Shown: one piece after another, positions 16,743 to 27,657 of the stretch | How the letters are laid out: the number at the start of each line of letters is the position of its first letter | Numbering within the stretch: position 1 is the first letter of the stretch | DNA from: Spirochaetota bacterium | Lineage (GTDB): Bacteria; Spirochaetota; UBA4802; JAFGJZ01 | Assembly (NCBI GenBank): GCA_035395685.1 | Contig: DAOPBR010000010.1 | Location: forward strand, 4-64,003 | Reading direction: 5' to 3' | DNA length: 64,000 nucleotides | Notes under the pieces: model-generated | Told to the model about the DNA's origin: nothing | Seen by the model: the letters and a program-made list of their open reading frames with translations, nothing else | Databases searched by the model: none | Translations under genes and position numbers: made by a program

Positions 16743-16772
16743 TGTCGTTTTTATTGTTTTTATAAGTTACAT

Positions 16773-16845
16773 TCCCCTGTAGCTCAGTCGGTAGAGCAGT
16801 TGACTGTTAATCAATTGGTCGCAAGTTCGAGTCTTGCCGGGGGAG
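16773..16845 (+). tRNA. tRNA-Asn (anticodon GTT at 16806-16808)
   Basis: Acceptor stem TCCCCTG / CGGGGGA (one G-U). D-arm AGCTCAGTCGGTAGAGC. Anticodon loop CTGTTAA. T-arm GGTCGCAAGTTCGAGTCTTGCC. No encoded CCA. Confidence 0.9.
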
Positions 16846-16852
16846 CAGCTTT

Positions 16853-16879
16853 AAACCCCGGACTTCGGGGTTTTTTTAT
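16853..16879. terminator. Bidirectional hairpin terminator shared by the tRNA (+) and the GH30 gene (-)
   Basis: AAACCCCG-GACTT-CGGGGTTT followed by TTTTTT. The stop codon of the GH30 gene abuts the T-run. Confidence 0.8.
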
Positions 16880-18321
16880 TTCTTTCCTTTTTTTATTATA
16901 AGAGTCGCAAAGCTTTTTGGCAGCATCACAATTGAATACAACTTACCTTCAATATTTCCTATAACTATACGTTTATTTGAACTATCATTTAAAAGTTCGA
17001 CTACAATGGTACCATCGGGCTGCAAAAAGCTGACTACCTCATCAAAAGAACCCTCTGGCTCTAGATATTTTGATCCTGTCGGTATATAACGGCTGAAATG
17101 TTCAAACGCTCTGAACATAGGAGTGTATATGATCTCTTTGGTTTTCGTATTTATAACAACGGCACTATTCTGAGGCCAACGCTTTATTTTATCATTATTC
17201 TTTCCATGCTGATCAAGAATAATATTCCATAGCATATAACTTTCAGCTCCATTTGAAAAATAACTTTTCATACGCATCCAAGTATACGCAGCGTAGTCAA
17301 AATCATTAGCAGCATGTTCCGGATCGAAACCAGGCTTCCAATGCCAGTTACCGCAATCAGTTTCCGTCTGCATGATAGGAATACCAGGATGATTTTTTAT
17401 AATATCCGGCATCTGCTGATCAGCATCCCATTGAAGTCCGATAATTCCGACGTACTTTTTGGCATCAGCATCGTCCAGTACAGTTTTAACAAAAGTATTA
17501 TACCTATTATCATTAAATGTGCCGAGCATGATCCGTGTTGATAGTTTACGTTCTGCAAAGGTCGGGCCCATAAAGTCTTTGATAAAAGTTCGGAATTGTT
17601 CAGGCGTCCATCCGCCGTTGGGATAACCTGTTACAACCACAGGTTCATTTTGAACGGCAACTGATGTAATTTCCATACCCAGCCTTCCATACTCTTCAGC
17701 AAACTTTGCCAAGTAAAGAGCATAAGCTTTGTAATATTCGGGATGATCAATAAAATTTCCGGCCTCATAATTGTTGTTATCTTTCATCCAGATCGGAGGA
17801 GTCCAAGCAGATCCCCAAAGCTTAATGTCAGGGCGTATAGACTGTACCGCCTTAATAAATGGAATCAGATATTTTTTATCGCGCTTCAAAGTAAAATTTT
17901 TCATTTCGAAATCGTCTTTGATTGGTGCAAGCGTGTATCGTTCGAGCGCGTAATCGCTCGCACCAATGGGAATTCTACCATAAGAAAGATTAGCTTCATC
18001 CGTGCTGAAAACCGATTTAAGAATTTTGTCTCTGTCACTTTTATCAAGAACGCATAAAGTTTCCCAACCATGTTCATTAAATGCCCCGCCAAAACCAGAT
18101 ATCACCTGCTTCGTCTCAGATGTCCTAACGGTGAAGCCTGCTTTTCCTGACGTCACAGACTCAACAAGATTGTTTTCTTCTGAGCGAATCACATCACCGT
18201 AAGTAATAATATAAGTTATGATATCATTCAACTCTTCCCTTTCTGATTCATCCTTAATTTTTGAACAGGCTAAGCAAATAGCACAAAGAACAATAATAAT
18301 TATATTTAAATAACTTTTCAT
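16876..18321 (-). CDS. Glycoside hydrolase family 30-like lipoprotein (glucosylceramidase / beta-1,6-glucanase / xylanase family)
   Basis: Motifs GFGGAFNE and AVQNEP. Start at the internal ATG, giving MKSYLNIIIIVLCAICLACSK (lipobox). Confidence 0.75.
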   Translation of the reverse strand: MKSYLNIIIIVLCAICLACSKIKDESEREELNDIITYIITYGDVIRSEENNLVESVTSGKAGFTVRTSETKQVISGFGGAFNEHGWETLCVLDKSDRDKILKSVFSTDEANLSYGRIPIGASDYALERYTLAPIKDDFEMKNFTLKRDKKYLIPFIKAVQSIRPDIKLWGSAWTPPIWMKDNNNYEAGNFIDHPEYYKAYALYLAKFAEEYGRLGMEITSVAVQNEPVVVTGYPNGGWTPEQFRTFIKDFMGPTFAERKLSTRIMLGTFNDNRYNTFVKTVLDDADAKKYVGIIGLQWDADQQMPDIIKNHPGIPIMQTETDCGNWHWKPGFDPEHAANDFDYAAYTWMRMKSYFSNGAESYMLWNIILDQHGKNNDKIKRWPQNSAVVINTKTKEIIYTPMFRAFEHFSRYIPTGSKYLEPEGSFDEVVSFLQPDGTIVVELLNDSSNKRIVIGNIEGKLYSIVMLPKSFATLIIKKGKK

Positions 18322-18473
18322 ATTAATAATTTTTTTAATCACAAATAGATTATAAGTCAACACGGATATAATTTATTTTTTAACAGTTCAACTAATGTTC
18401 TCATAACCGAATTATTACAACATCCCCAAGTCAACGCTCTCTTTCGCATGTAAATCCGCATTAAAATCCGGAC

Positions 18474-18502
18474 TTGAAATAATTCATTATATGATTTATA
18501 AT
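18474..18502 (+). promoter_or_regulatory. Strong sigma70-type promoter candidate for the PAS hybrid kinase
   Basis: TTGAAA (18474-18479), 17-nt spacer, TATAAT (18497-18502). Confidence 0.5.
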
Positions 18503-18586
18503 ATATCAACTAAGAAATTAAAAAACTTTAGTTCCGATAAATCACTGTATTTCCGAAGTTAATTTTTCTGATATGGAGGAAAGTAT

Positions 18587-21238
18587 TTGAGCATAAAGAA
18601 AGATCTTTCGATTTGCGGTTTTCTATTTGAAAACCATCCTGCAGTTATGCTCATTATTGATTCTGCAACTGGAAATATCGCGGATGCAAATCGTGCGGCT
18701 GTACAATTTTACGGCTGGTCAAAAGAATTATTACAGAATATGAATATTCTGGAAATAAATACTCTCACCAAAGATGAAATTTTCAATTCAATGATAAAAG
18801 CATCAGAAAATAGGCAAGTTCAATTTGAATTCAAACATCGTTGCGCTGACGGATCTATTAAGGATGTAGAAATCTGGAGCGGCTCGATTACACTTAACGG
18901 AAAGAATTACCTTCATTCAATCATTCATGATATAACAGAACGCAAGAAATCCGAATCAGCATTGATTGAAAGCGAAGATAAATTCCGCTGTATTGTAGAA
19001 TCTTCACCGATTGCAAAGTATTTTTACAGACTTGAAAATAATAAACTCATTCTAACAGGAGCAAATCCTTCAGCAGACCGGATTATCGGCATCAGCCACA
19101 AGAGCCTTATCGGAAAAACAATTGAGGAAGCATTTCCGGCTTTAGCAAATACCGAAATACCGGAAATGTACCGCAAAATAGCGAAAGGTGAATTGAGCAC
19201 TCAGCATTTTGAAGTTCCTTACAGTGACGGCCGCTTTCAGGGAGAATACGACGTAACAGCTTTCAAAACAGGTCCGAATTCAATAGCAGTTGATTTCACG
19301 GAAATATCGGACAGAAAAAAGATGGAACGTGCACTAATTGAAGCAAAAGATAGAGCGGAAGAAAACGAAGAACAGCTACGTGCCATTTTTAACAACTCAA
19401 AAGACGCAATTGTCATTTCAAAAAAAGGTATTGTCGTATTAGTTAACAATTCCTATCTCGAATTGTTCGGTTATTCTAAACCCGATGAAATAATCGGAAG
19501 ATCGATTCTCACGAATATAGCGCCCAGCGAAGTGAACAAGATTAAAGATTTTATTGCCAGAAGATACTCTGGTCTTGAAGCACCGTATTATTATGAATCC
19601 ATAGGACTTCGTATTAACGGCACAGAATTCCCTTTTGAAGTAAACGTCGGGATGTATGAATTGAATGGAGAAAAATATTCTGTCGGCATTGTCAGAGATA
19701 TAACTGAAAGGAAAATGTCTGAGACTGCTTTGAAAAATTCAGAAGAAAAATTTGCAAAAGCGTTTCTTGCCAGTCCGGATATATTATTTATAACTTCTCT
19801 TGAAAATGGAATTATAACTGAGATAAACGAAAGAACAGAAAAAATACTCGGATATAACAGAGATGAAATTGTCGGCAAATCTCCAAAAGAACTAAACCTA
19901 TGGGAAGACCTTTCACTTCGAGATAAATATATTGAACAAATACGTAAGAAAGGAAGCATACATGATTTTGATGCTAACTTTATTACAAAAACTGGGGATA
20001 TTGTAAATTCACTTTTATCTGCAGAACTCATTGAACTGCATGGCGAGAAGTTCATTCTCGGAACAATTCGCGATATAACCGAGCGTAAAAAAATGGAAGA
20101 AGAGATGCAGCGTTCACAAAAACTCGAATCCCTTGCATCTCTCGCCGGAGGCATTGCTCACGATTTCAACAATCTTCTCGGCGGAATTTTCGGATATATT
20201 GAATTAGCGGAAGAAATGGCAACCGACCATCAACTTAAAGATTATTTACATAAATCAATATCTGCTATCGAAAGGGCACGCGACTTATCACGGCAGATGA
20301 TTACATTTGCAAAAGGAGGAACTCCGAAACAATCGGTAGGACACCTGTTTCCATATTTAGCTGATACCGTTAAATTCGCGCTAAGCGGTTCAAACGTATC
20401 ATTCGAATTCGACATTGCAAATGATTTGTGGATGAGTTATTTTGACAAGAATCAGATTGGGCAGATCATTGACAATATAGTTATTAATGCAAAACAAGCC
20501 ATGCCGGAAGGCGGAAAACTTATAGTTTCAGCAAAAAATGCCGAATTATCTGAAAACGAGCACCCCATTTTAAAATCAGGCAAATATGTTAATATCTCAA
20601 TAAAAGATAACGGAAGCGGAATTAGCAAAGATGTTATACAGCGCATATTTGATCCGTTTTTTACTACCAAGCAGACTGGTCACGGTCTCGGTCTCTCTAC
20701 ATGTTATTCAATAATAAAAAAACACGGCGGTTCAATTGATGTTGAGTCTAAAATAAATGAAGGAAGCACATTTCATATCCTTCTGCCTGCTGCAACTGGA
20801 GTTGCTATCGAACCCGAGAATAAGCAAACCGTTTCATTTAAAGGACAAGGAATTTTTGTTATTATGGATGACGAAGAAATTATGAGAGAAGTTATCGGCG
20901 ATATGGTTAAGTCATTGGGTTACACTATAGAACTTTGTCATAACGGCAATACAACAATTGATTTTTTCAAGAATGAAATAGAAAGTGGAAAAAGTATTGC
21001 CGGAGCAATACTAGACTTGACTATTCCAGGAAGCATGGGCGGAAAAGAAGCTGTTTCTTTACTTAAAGAGATAAGTCCAGAAACTGTTTTTCTCGCTACA
21101 AGCGGCAATTCCGAGGATGTGGTCATTTCAAGACCTAAAGAATTCGGATTTTCGGCAAGCATAGCCAAGCCTTTTAAAAAATCTGAACTCATGGATCTTT
21201 TACAAAAATATATGAATCCGGAATCAGCTAAACCTTAA
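18587..21238 (+). CDS. Multi-PAS hybrid sensor histidine kinase with C-terminal receiver
   Basis: TTG start with a GGAGGA RBS. About four PAS repeats, each ending DITERKK. H-box [12 protein letters not shown]-box [12 protein letters not shown]1 DNGSGI, G2 GHGLGLS. Receiver segment [12 protein letters not shown]. Confidence 0.9.
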   Translation: MSIKKDLSICGFLFENHPAVMLIIDSATGNIADANRAAVQFYGWSKELLQNMNILEINTLTKDEIFNSMIKASENRQVQFEFKHRCADGSIKDVEIWSGSITLNGKNYLHSIIHDITERKKSESALIESEDKFRCIVESSPIAKYFYRLENNKLILTGANPSADRIIGISHKSLIGKTIEEAFPALANTEIPEMYRKIAKGELSTQHFEVPYSDGRFQGEYDVTAFKTGPNSIAVDFTEISDRKKMERALIEAKDRAEENEEQLRAIFNNSKDAIVISKKGIVVLVNNSYLELFGYSKPDEIIGRSILTNIAPSEVNKIKDFIARRYSGLEAPYYYESIGLRINGTEFPFEVNVGMYELNGEKYSVGIVRDITERKMSETALKNSEEKFAKAFLASPDILFITSLENGIITEINERTEKILGYNRDEIVGKSPKELNLWEDLSLRDKYIEQIRKKGSIHDFDANFITKTGDIVNSLLSAELIELHGEKFILGTIRDITERKKMEEEMQRSQKLESLASLAGGIAHDFNNLLGGIFGYIELAEEMATDHQLKDYLHKSISAIERARDLSRQMITFAKGGTPKQSVGHLFPYLADTVKFALSGSNVSFEFDIANDLWMSYFDKNQIGQIIDNIVINAKQAMPEGGKLIVSAKNAELSENEHPILKSGKYVNISIKDNGSGISKDVIQRIFDPFFTTKQTGHGLGLSTCYSIIKKHGGSIDVESKINEGSTFHILLPAATGVAIEPENKQTVSFKGQGIFVIMDDEEIMREVIGDMVKSLGYTIELCHNGNTTIDFFKNEIESGKSIAGAILDLTIPGSMGGKEAVSLLKEISPETVFLATSGNSEDVVISRPKEFGFSASIAKPFKKSELMDLLQKYMNPESAKP

Positions 21239-23261
21239 ACAAAGATATCATCTGCTGAAGTTCTTCTGTAATTCTAACAAGATTCTCTGAACTTTCCGCG
21301 ATTTTCACAGCATTTTCCGAATCTTCAGAATGCTTTCCGGAAAAACTGTTTAAAACAGTCATAACTTCAGAAATTGCGTCTTTCTGCTGTTCCATCGCTT
21401 GCTGTATTTCCGAAGATCCTTTTGAAAGCAGACCGACTTGAGACATGATTGTCTCTTTCATATCTTTTTCTGAATCATTGATTTCGGCAATACTTCTTGA
21501 ACTTGAAACAATACTCGAAACAAATTTCATAATATTAGTCATTTTTCTCTGTGTATCATCAATCAAATGACGGCTTGCAGTTATCAGTTCATTATTTCTC
21601 TGAATAAGATTTCCAATATCCTTGGTACTCTGAGAAGTCTGATCAGCAAGTTTAGAGATTTCTTCAGCGACTACAGCGAATCCTCTGCCGTGCTCCCCTG
21701 CACGTGCCGCTTCAATTGAAGCATTAAGGGAAAGAAGATTCGTTTGCTCAGATATGTCTGTAATTATTCCGATGATATTCATCATATCATTTGAGCTTTT
21801 TACGATTTCATCCATAGATTTCTCCATAGATATCAGAGAATTATTTCCATCATCCGTTTCGGAGCTCATACCTTTTGCAATAACATCATTGTCAGAAACA
21901 ATTGATTCAGATTTTTCAATAAACGAAGCAAGCTGCTTGATTGTCTCAATAAAACCTTTTAAAAGTTTTTCCTGAGATTCTGCCTCTTTTGTAACATCAT
22001 CCATTTTAGCGGATATTTCCTCAAAAGTAGCAGCTATTTCCTCCACAGAAGCGGCTTGGTTTTGGGCGGTATCCGAATAATGGATCATACTTTCAGAAAG
22101 AATTTTCGATGAAGTTCCGACTGAATTCGAGATTCTTCGCAAACGAGATATTATATCAGCAAGAAATACACGGTATTCTGAAAGTTCAGAACCAAGATCA
22201 CCCATAGTTTTTTTTAATTCTAATGATGAATCACTTGTCAAATCACCCGACTTCATCTTTTTGAAAAAAGAAATAAGACCGGAAAACTGCGTCTTTGCTT
22301 TTCTGGTACCGAAAACATAAAGAATAAGAGGGAATATGATCATCACGACTAATGCGCCGGCAAGAGAAAGAAAGGCAAGCCTGTAAAGCGGAGCGACAAT
22401 ATCTTTCTTAGGTGTAATATCAATAAGCCTGTATCCTATGCGCTTAAGAGGAACCGATACAATTTCACATTCACTGTTATTTACTTTGCATATTTCTGAA
22501 AATATTTCTGTTTTGCTCGATTTAATCTTTTCATACACGTCATCACCTGAAAATTCAGAGAATTTCTTGTTTGATAAACTCATATCGCTTGCAAGCTGAA
22601 TGACGCCGTTTGGATCAATTATATAAGTTGTATTACCTTCAAATCCGTTTTTATTAGAAATCATTTCGGAAACTTCTTTAAGACTTACTCCCACGCCTGC
22701 AACGCCGAGAGGTGAATTTTCTTCTCCAACCCGGGCATTAACAAAGAGAAAAGTATCCTTGAGATTATCATTCCAATCAACATTCAGATCAATTTTAACT
22801 TTTTTCGGGAAAAAATCAAAAAACCAAGAATCATCAGGTTTATTTTTATCCACAGTTTGAAGAATTTTGCCGTTGTTAATATAGTAATTATTTGTTGAAA
22901 GGCTTACAGCAAATACTGTAAAATAGTTCGCTTTATCGACAACATCCGTAAGACGCTGTTTTACAAACTTTCCTTCGTTTTGATTCTTTTCTCCGCCTTT
23001 AAACCAGCTTATAAGAACCGGATCGTCTGCAAGTAGTATAGAAGTTTCGATAGCTTTAAGTATTCTGATCTCTGCTATTTCAGCTTTCATTATTGCAAAA
23101 TTCTTAAGCTCGGTGTCCTCCATGCGCCCGAGGATGATAGTTCTGGCAGCAGTATAATTGAGAACACCTGTTATAATTACAGAAAGAAAAAGACATAAAG
23201 CAGCAATTCTTATGATTTTTGAAAAAACGCCAATATCAAAATTGCTTTTTTTTTCGGGCAT
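21228..23261 (-). CDS. Methyl-accepting chemotaxis protein with a Cache-type periplasmic domain
   Basis: Two TM segments and a HAMP domain. Signalling hairpin [39 protein letters not shown]. Confidence 0.9.
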   Translation of the reverse strand: MPEKKSNFDIGVFSKIIRIAALCLFLSVIITGVLNYTAARTIILGRMEDTELKNFAIMKAEIAEIRILKAIETSILLADDPVLISWFKGGEKNQNEGKFVKQRLTDVVDKANYFTVFAVSLSTNNYYINNGKILQTVDKNKPDDSWFFDFFPKKVKIDLNVDWNDNLKDTFLFVNARVGEENSPLGVAGVGVSLKEVSEMISNKNGFEGNTTYIIDPNGVIQLASDMSLSNKKFSEFSGDDVYEKIKSSKTEIFSEICKVNNSECEIVSVPLKRIGYRLIDITPKKDIVAPLYRLAFLSLAGALVVMIIFPLILYVFGTRKAKTQFSGLISFFKKMKSGDLTSDSSLELKKTMGDLGSELSEYRVFLADIISRLRRISNSVGTSSKILSESMIHYSDTAQNQAASVEEIAATFEEISAKMDDVTKEAESQEKLLKGFIETIKQLASFIEKSESIVSDNDVIAKGMSSETDDGNNSLISMEKSMDEIVKSSNDMMNIIGIITDISEQTNLLSLNASIEAARAGEHGRGFAVVAEEISKLADQTSQSTKDIGNLIQRNNELITASRHLIDDTQRKMTNIMKFVSSIVSSSRSIAEINDSEKDMKETIMSQVGLLSKGSSEIQQAMEQQKDAISEVMTVLNSFSGKHSEDSENAVKIAESSENLVRITEELQQMISLFKV

Positions 23262-23503
23262 ATCAGTTCACCTTTTCGCAATAGTTATCCCCTCACCCTA
23301 GAAAAAGCATACTGCAAAAGCAGAATGCCGAACAGATATTTATTTATGTATTTCAATCCTTGCGGATTTCAAATATCTTTTATCAGCTAATTTTATTTTT
23401 TAGCAAAGTCAACTTGTTTTTTTAAAAAGTATTTATACTCTAGAAGAATTTAAAAAGGGCATTTAAATTCGTGATCGGCTGCCTTATACCGACGAACAAA
23501 GAA

Positions 23504-23531
23504 ACAAAAACCGGCATTACCCGGTTTTTGT
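23504..23531 (-). terminator. Terminator of trxA
   Basis: Stem ACAAAAACCGG / CCGGTTTTTGT. The minus-strand RNA is followed by a U-rich tract. Confidence 0.75.
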
Positions 23532-23548
23532 TTATAATCAATTCATAC

Positions 23549-23857
23549 TTATGAGAGTTTCTGAATTAAAACAGGCTCAGGCTGTACTCCAACCATTTTT
23601 TCAACAACCTGTCCCTTTTCAAATAATATTAATGTCGGAATCGAAGATATTGAGTATTTCTCAGCAATATCCGGCGACTCATCGGTATTAACTTTTACAA
23701 TTTTAGCTTTTACCGAAGGAGCTACTTTTTCCAGAATAGGCCCCTGCATACGGCAAGGTCCGCACCATGGCGCCCAAAAATCCACTAAGACTTTTCCTTC
23801 CGCTTTCAGTACTGCGCTTTCAAAATCAGACGACTTTATTTCAGTAACATTTCCCAT
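23549..23857 (-). CDS. trxA: Thioredoxin
   Basis: 102 aa with the WCGPC active site. GGAGA RBS. Confidence 0.95.
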   Translation of the reverse strand: MGNVTEIKSSDFESAVLKAEGKVLVDFWAPWCGPCRMQGPILEKVAPSVKAKIVKVNTDESPDIAEKYSISSIPTLILFEKGQVVEKMVGVQPEPVLIQKLS

Positions 23858-23884
23858 TTGTTTCTCCTTCTATCAATATTTAAT

Positions 23885-23912
23885 AATTTAGCATATAAAG
23901 ACAATTTGTCAA
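23885..23912 (-). promoter_or_regulatory. Candidate trxA promoter
   Basis: On the minus strand: TTGACA (23912-23907), 16-nt spacer, TAAATT (23890-23885). Confidence 0.45.
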
Positions 23913-24005
23913 TAAAACTTGACGTAAAGCTTACTTAATTTTTCTTTCAGCTATGAGATTTTATGCCGACAATCAGATGAGTGCATATTATTATCGAGGT
24001 ATCCA

Positions 24006-24662
24006 ATGAAGAAAATATTCATAGCCGCTGCATTGCTATTATCTTGTTTTATCCGTTCTAATGCTCAAAATGCAGCTGAAACTCCGACAAAACCTGCTGA
24101 TGGTCCAAAAACCGAAGCACCTGTATCAACTGTTGAACCGGATAAAAAGGAAAATGAGAAAACAACAAATTCTCTGCCGTCAGGATATGCAGAAACGGCA
24201 TGGAATGAAGAATATAAAACTGTAAAAGATAAAATTAAGGGCAAAATTGTCTACTCTGATGAAGACCGAATTATTATCAGCAAAGAAAACGGTCTTACAT
24301 ATAAATACGGTTTTTTCTACATTGATCCGGAAAAAGTAAAGGATATGCCGAATGCAGGAAATCCTGCACGTCTATTTTATTGCGTAATAGAATTTCCATA
24401 CATAGCATTGGATGAAGTCAAGAATAAAGTTAAAGAAAAATATGGTGAACCCGTTGGTGAAAATGTTAAACGGAATAAAGGAGCCGTTTATTGGGACTCG
24501 GAAAAAACTTCTGTAGTGATATGGGTTGATGAATATGAAAAGAAACCATACAGCCGCAAAATCATTTATTTCAGCAAGGATATCATTAACGAACTAAAAG
24601 ATTATAAATTCAGACTTTTTAATCAGAAAGAACTTGAAGTTATAAAAAACTTTCTACCTTAA
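24006..24662 (+). CDS. Hypothetical secreted protein
   Basis: Signal peptide MKKIFIAAALLLSCFIRSNA. No recognisable motif. Confidence 0.6.
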   Translation: MKKIFIAAALLLSCFIRSNAQNAAETPTKPADGPKTEAPVSTVEPDKKENEKTTNSLPSGYAETAWNEEYKTVKDKIKGKIVYSDEDRIIISKENGLTYKYGFFYIDPEKVKDMPNAGNPARLFYCVIEFPYIALDEVKNKVKEKYGEPVGENVKRNKGAVYWDSEKTSVVIWVDEYEKKPYSRKIIYFSKDIINELKDYKFRLFNQKELEVIKNFLP

Positions 24663-24714
24663 CATATTTTCACATTTATTTCAACAGTATCCAGAAGACG
24701 TCCGTTAACACGTT

Positions 24715-27657
24715 TCAGGATACTGTGAGCACTTTGTTTATCACGGCTGCAATCTTCTTTGACATAAAAGGTTTAGAAAGAAAAGCGCAGAAATTTCCGC
24801 GGCCGAAATCAGACTCATTTTTATCAATATAACCGCTTGATGCTATTATTTTCGCGGATGAATTTGTCTTTATTATTTCAACTGCGGCTTCCTCTCCCCC
24901 CATTCCCTTCTTAACATTAAGATCCAGTATGGTAAGATCAAACGGCTTTCCGTCAATCTGAGCAAGCCTGTAAAGCTCAACGGCTTCGCCTCCCTCTGTC
25001 ACGGCCACCACGGTATGACCCATATATTCGAGCATTCTTTTTAAAGTTTTTCTCAAAATATCATCATCATCCATTACGAGAATCTTGGCCTTTCTATCAG
25101 TATGATCCTGTCTGGTTTCTATTTCAACAAGTTCAACTTCATTGCTTTTTGCAGGAAAAGATATTCTTAATGAAAAAGAATCTGAAAGCCGTTCAGCTTT
25201 AACTTTTACATTATATCCTATTGCGGAATCTTCATAATCCCGCAAGTTACGTATTTGAGAATATTTCTCTCCAATAAAAATTCCGATCTCGGAAAATGCA
25301 GCATATTCTTCATCAGTTAAGTCAATCTTTGAAAAAATAACATCGACATATGCTGAATTGTTAATGTCTCCAGCTCTTTTTTCTATATCAACAGTTATAT
25401 CTTTCCCCTGAAATGATCGATCAACAGCGAAAGAAGCTGCATCATACAATATTTTTTCAGTACTTTCTTCATCCATCATTACATATAATTCCGGAAGTTT
25501 ATCAATAATAATTTTTTGCGGTCGCGTTTCATAAATTGCAGAAGTTTTCAGAAGCACTGCACCCATATCACATGATACTCCGGAACCAAACGGTTTAAGC
25601 ATCCTAAACACATTCATCATTATATCTTTGGCTTTATTTACAAGTATTTCCGAATCAGAAAGCGATTCCGAAAAAGAAGATCCATCCTCTGATATCATCT
25701 TTGCCATAGAAATTTTCACAGAAAGTGAAGCCAGAATATTATTAAAATCATTTATAACTCCGCCCATCGTATCATATAATATTTCAACATTCTGATAACG
25801 CCTGATATCAGATTTAATTTTTGCCTGATTGGACAAATCAGAAAATACGACTATTGAACCTGCAGTTTTATCCATTATATCCTTGTAGGGCATGACAGAA
25901 AACGAAACAGGTATCTTAGAACTATTAACACTAACATAAGATGTTTCAGAATACTTTACAGGTTTTCCCAAAAGCATGGCCGCACGTATTCTATTTGATA
26001 TATTTTTGCCGTCTTTACTGGTTATCTGAAAAACATCATCAATAAATTTTTTCGATTCGGATAATTCAGAAATCTTAAATAATGAAAAAGCACATTGATT
26101 AAGTTTAATTATTTCGCCCAGAGAATTTACAACCACAAGAGGAGTTTCAACTGAGTCAGCAATATAATTCCACATTAACTGATTATTTTTAATTTCTTCA
26201 CCCTGACGTATGGTTTCAGTTATATCGATTGCCGAAATCAAAAATCTTCTCATATTTCCATTCATATTATGCCTTGAAATATGGAAGACGGCTTTCTTTC
26301 TGATTCCGTTTGCGCAGGTGAAATCTATAACTTTATCATAAGAATTTTCAGCCCCGCATATTTTCCGATACAAGCTCAACCCTTCCGATAGCCGGAACGC
26401 ATCGTAAGAATTTTTAAAATCCGGAAAACCAATTGAAGAAAACAAATCAAGCGCCTTCTGATTAGCCCTGATTACGGTTATTTTATTCAGTAACGAGGTG
26501 AAGTCTTCATTGGAAATTTCCGTCATCATATTTTTTTCAAATAATGAATCAAAAGATTCTTCAATTACCGCGATATTCATAGAAAAAAACAATTCGTGGT
26601 TTTCTTCACGTGATATTTCTATCGCTTCTTCCTTTTCCTTTATTTTTGCAGAAATTTTTTGGAAAAAAGCCAACAATGAAGAATATTCATATATATTATT
26701 TGAATCACTCTTAACAGGCAATCCGCGGTAAGAACGAGAACAAGCCTCCAGAAAGCTGTATGAAGAAACTATAATATGCCGATAAAATTTCCGTCTTAGC
26801 AAAATAACGTAAAATATCATTACTAAAGAAAATATTAACGCACTTACAGAAACGGGATTAAAAAAGAAAAAGCCTTTACGAGGCACTTCGTAAACGACAA
26901 AACATTTCATCATTCTGATAATGCTTCTGTATCCGTCAGAATTGTTTATAAAAATGCTGTCTGTTGTGAGCTTCATAGCATCAGAGCTTACAAAATCAGT
27001 AAAATTAAACTCCCTTCGTTTCTTTTCATCCATTTCGAAGTTCGAGGCAATTATTCCGTCAGTTGGAGAAATTATATAAAAATAACCGAATGAAGCTCTT
27101 AGAATGTTTGTTACAATTTTCGCGTCATATCTTACGAAAAATGAAAGATCCTTTTTATCAACCGGAGGCATTCCGATATAAAAATACTCATCTCCATTTT
27201 TATTTTTATAAAATCCCGTAATAAAGTTCTCATTGGAATTTTTTACCAACAATTTAAGCTCTTCATATTCTTCCTGTCCGGGTTCTGCTACACCCTGTTT
27301 GTAAAAACTTTCTACAAGATTGCCTTCAGGAGAAAATGAAAGAATACCCTGCAAAAAATAGTTTTTATCTAAAAATTCCAACGCACTATTTCTGTGATTT
27401 GATTCCGGAATCAGTTGGAGTCTTTGAGTAAAATCCTTAGATTCATCCAAAATGAACAACAAAACAAAATCAATTCTATCAGCACAATTTCTTACTTCAT
27501 AAAAGGCCTCTTTGTATGAAGACATTTTTTTAGAAACACCATGAAATGCTGCAATAATCAGTGTAAACAGAATGATAATACCGCAAAATATAATTGCAGC
27601 AAGGTTTGCATAATAAGACATTGATCTTGTTTTGGACTTAGAAGAATTTATATTCAT
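24715..27657 (-). CDS. Sensor hybrid-kinase homologue with a degenerate kinase core (His to Asn in the H-box, no ATP-lid boxes) and an intact receiver
   Basis: Two TM segments flank a periplasmic domain, followed by PAS-like regions. The H-box equivalent is GGVINDFNNIL (Asn codon at 25750-25752), versus GGIAHDFNN in the two bona fide kinases of this window. No N, G1 or G2 boxes are found. The receiver has DDD, ILDLNV and LSKPF. Confidence 0.8.
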   Translation of the reverse strand: MNINSSKSKTRSMSYYANLAAIIFCGIIILFTLIIAAFHGVSKKMSSYKEAFYEVRNCADRIDFVLLFILDESKDFTQRLQLIPESNHRNSALEFLDKNYFLQGILSFSPEGNLVESFYKQGVAEPGQEEYEELKLLVKNSNENFITGFYKNKNGDEYFYIGMPPVDKKDLSFFVRYDAKIVTNILRASFGYFYIISPTDGIIASNFEMDEKKRREFNFTDFVSSDAMKLTTDSIFINNSDGYRSIIRMMKCFVVYEVPRKGFFFFNPVSVSALIFSLVMIFYVILLRRKFYRHIIVSSYSFLEACSRSYRGLPVKSDSNNIYEYSSLLAFFQKISAKIKEKEEAIEISREENHELFFSMNIAVIEESFDSLFEKNMMTEISNEDFTSLLNKITVIRANQKALDLFSSIGFPDFKNSYDAFRLSEGLSLYRKICGAENSYDKVIDFTCANGIRKKAVFHISRHNMNGNMRRFLISAIDITETIRQGEEIKNNQLMWNYIADSVETPLVVVNSLGEIIKLNQCAFSLFKISELSESKKFIDDVFQITSKDGKNISNRIRAAMLLGKPVKYSETSYVSVNSSKIPVSFSVMPYKDIMDKTAGSIVVFSDLSNQAKIKSDIRRYQNVEILYDTMGGVINDFNNILASLSVKISMAKMISEDGSSFSESLSDSEILVNKAKDIMMNVFRMLKPFGSGVSCDMGAVLLKTSAIYETRPQKIIIDKLPELYVMMDEESTEKILYDAASFAVDRSFQGKDITVDIEKRAGDINNSAYVDVIFSKIDLTDEEYAAFSEIGIFIGEKYSQIRNLRDYEDSAIGYNVKVKAERLSDSFSLRISFPAKSNEVELVEIETRQDHTDRKAKILVMDDDDILRKTLKRMLEYMGHTVVAVTEGGEAVELYRLAQIDGKPFDLTILDLNVKKGMGGEEAAVEIIKTNSSAKIIASSGYIDKNESDFGRGNFCAFLSKPFMSKKIAAVINKVLTVS

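Noticed and set aside
16773-18363. tRNA-Asn followed by a GH30 gene as a possible integrated island
   Set aside because: I found no integrase, no direct repeat of the tRNA 3' end and no obvious compositional break. The two simply share a bidirectional terminator.
19591-20154. 187-aa antisense ORF inside the PAS kinase, and similar long antisense ORFs (53298-53660, 54468-54914, 57951-58448, 46008-46382, 62169-62534, 32484-32748, 2041-2370)
   Set aside because: All lie fully within strongly supported genes on the other strand and have Ser/Phe/Leu/Ile-rich, low-complexity translations with no RBS. They are typical shadow frames of AT-rich coding DNA.
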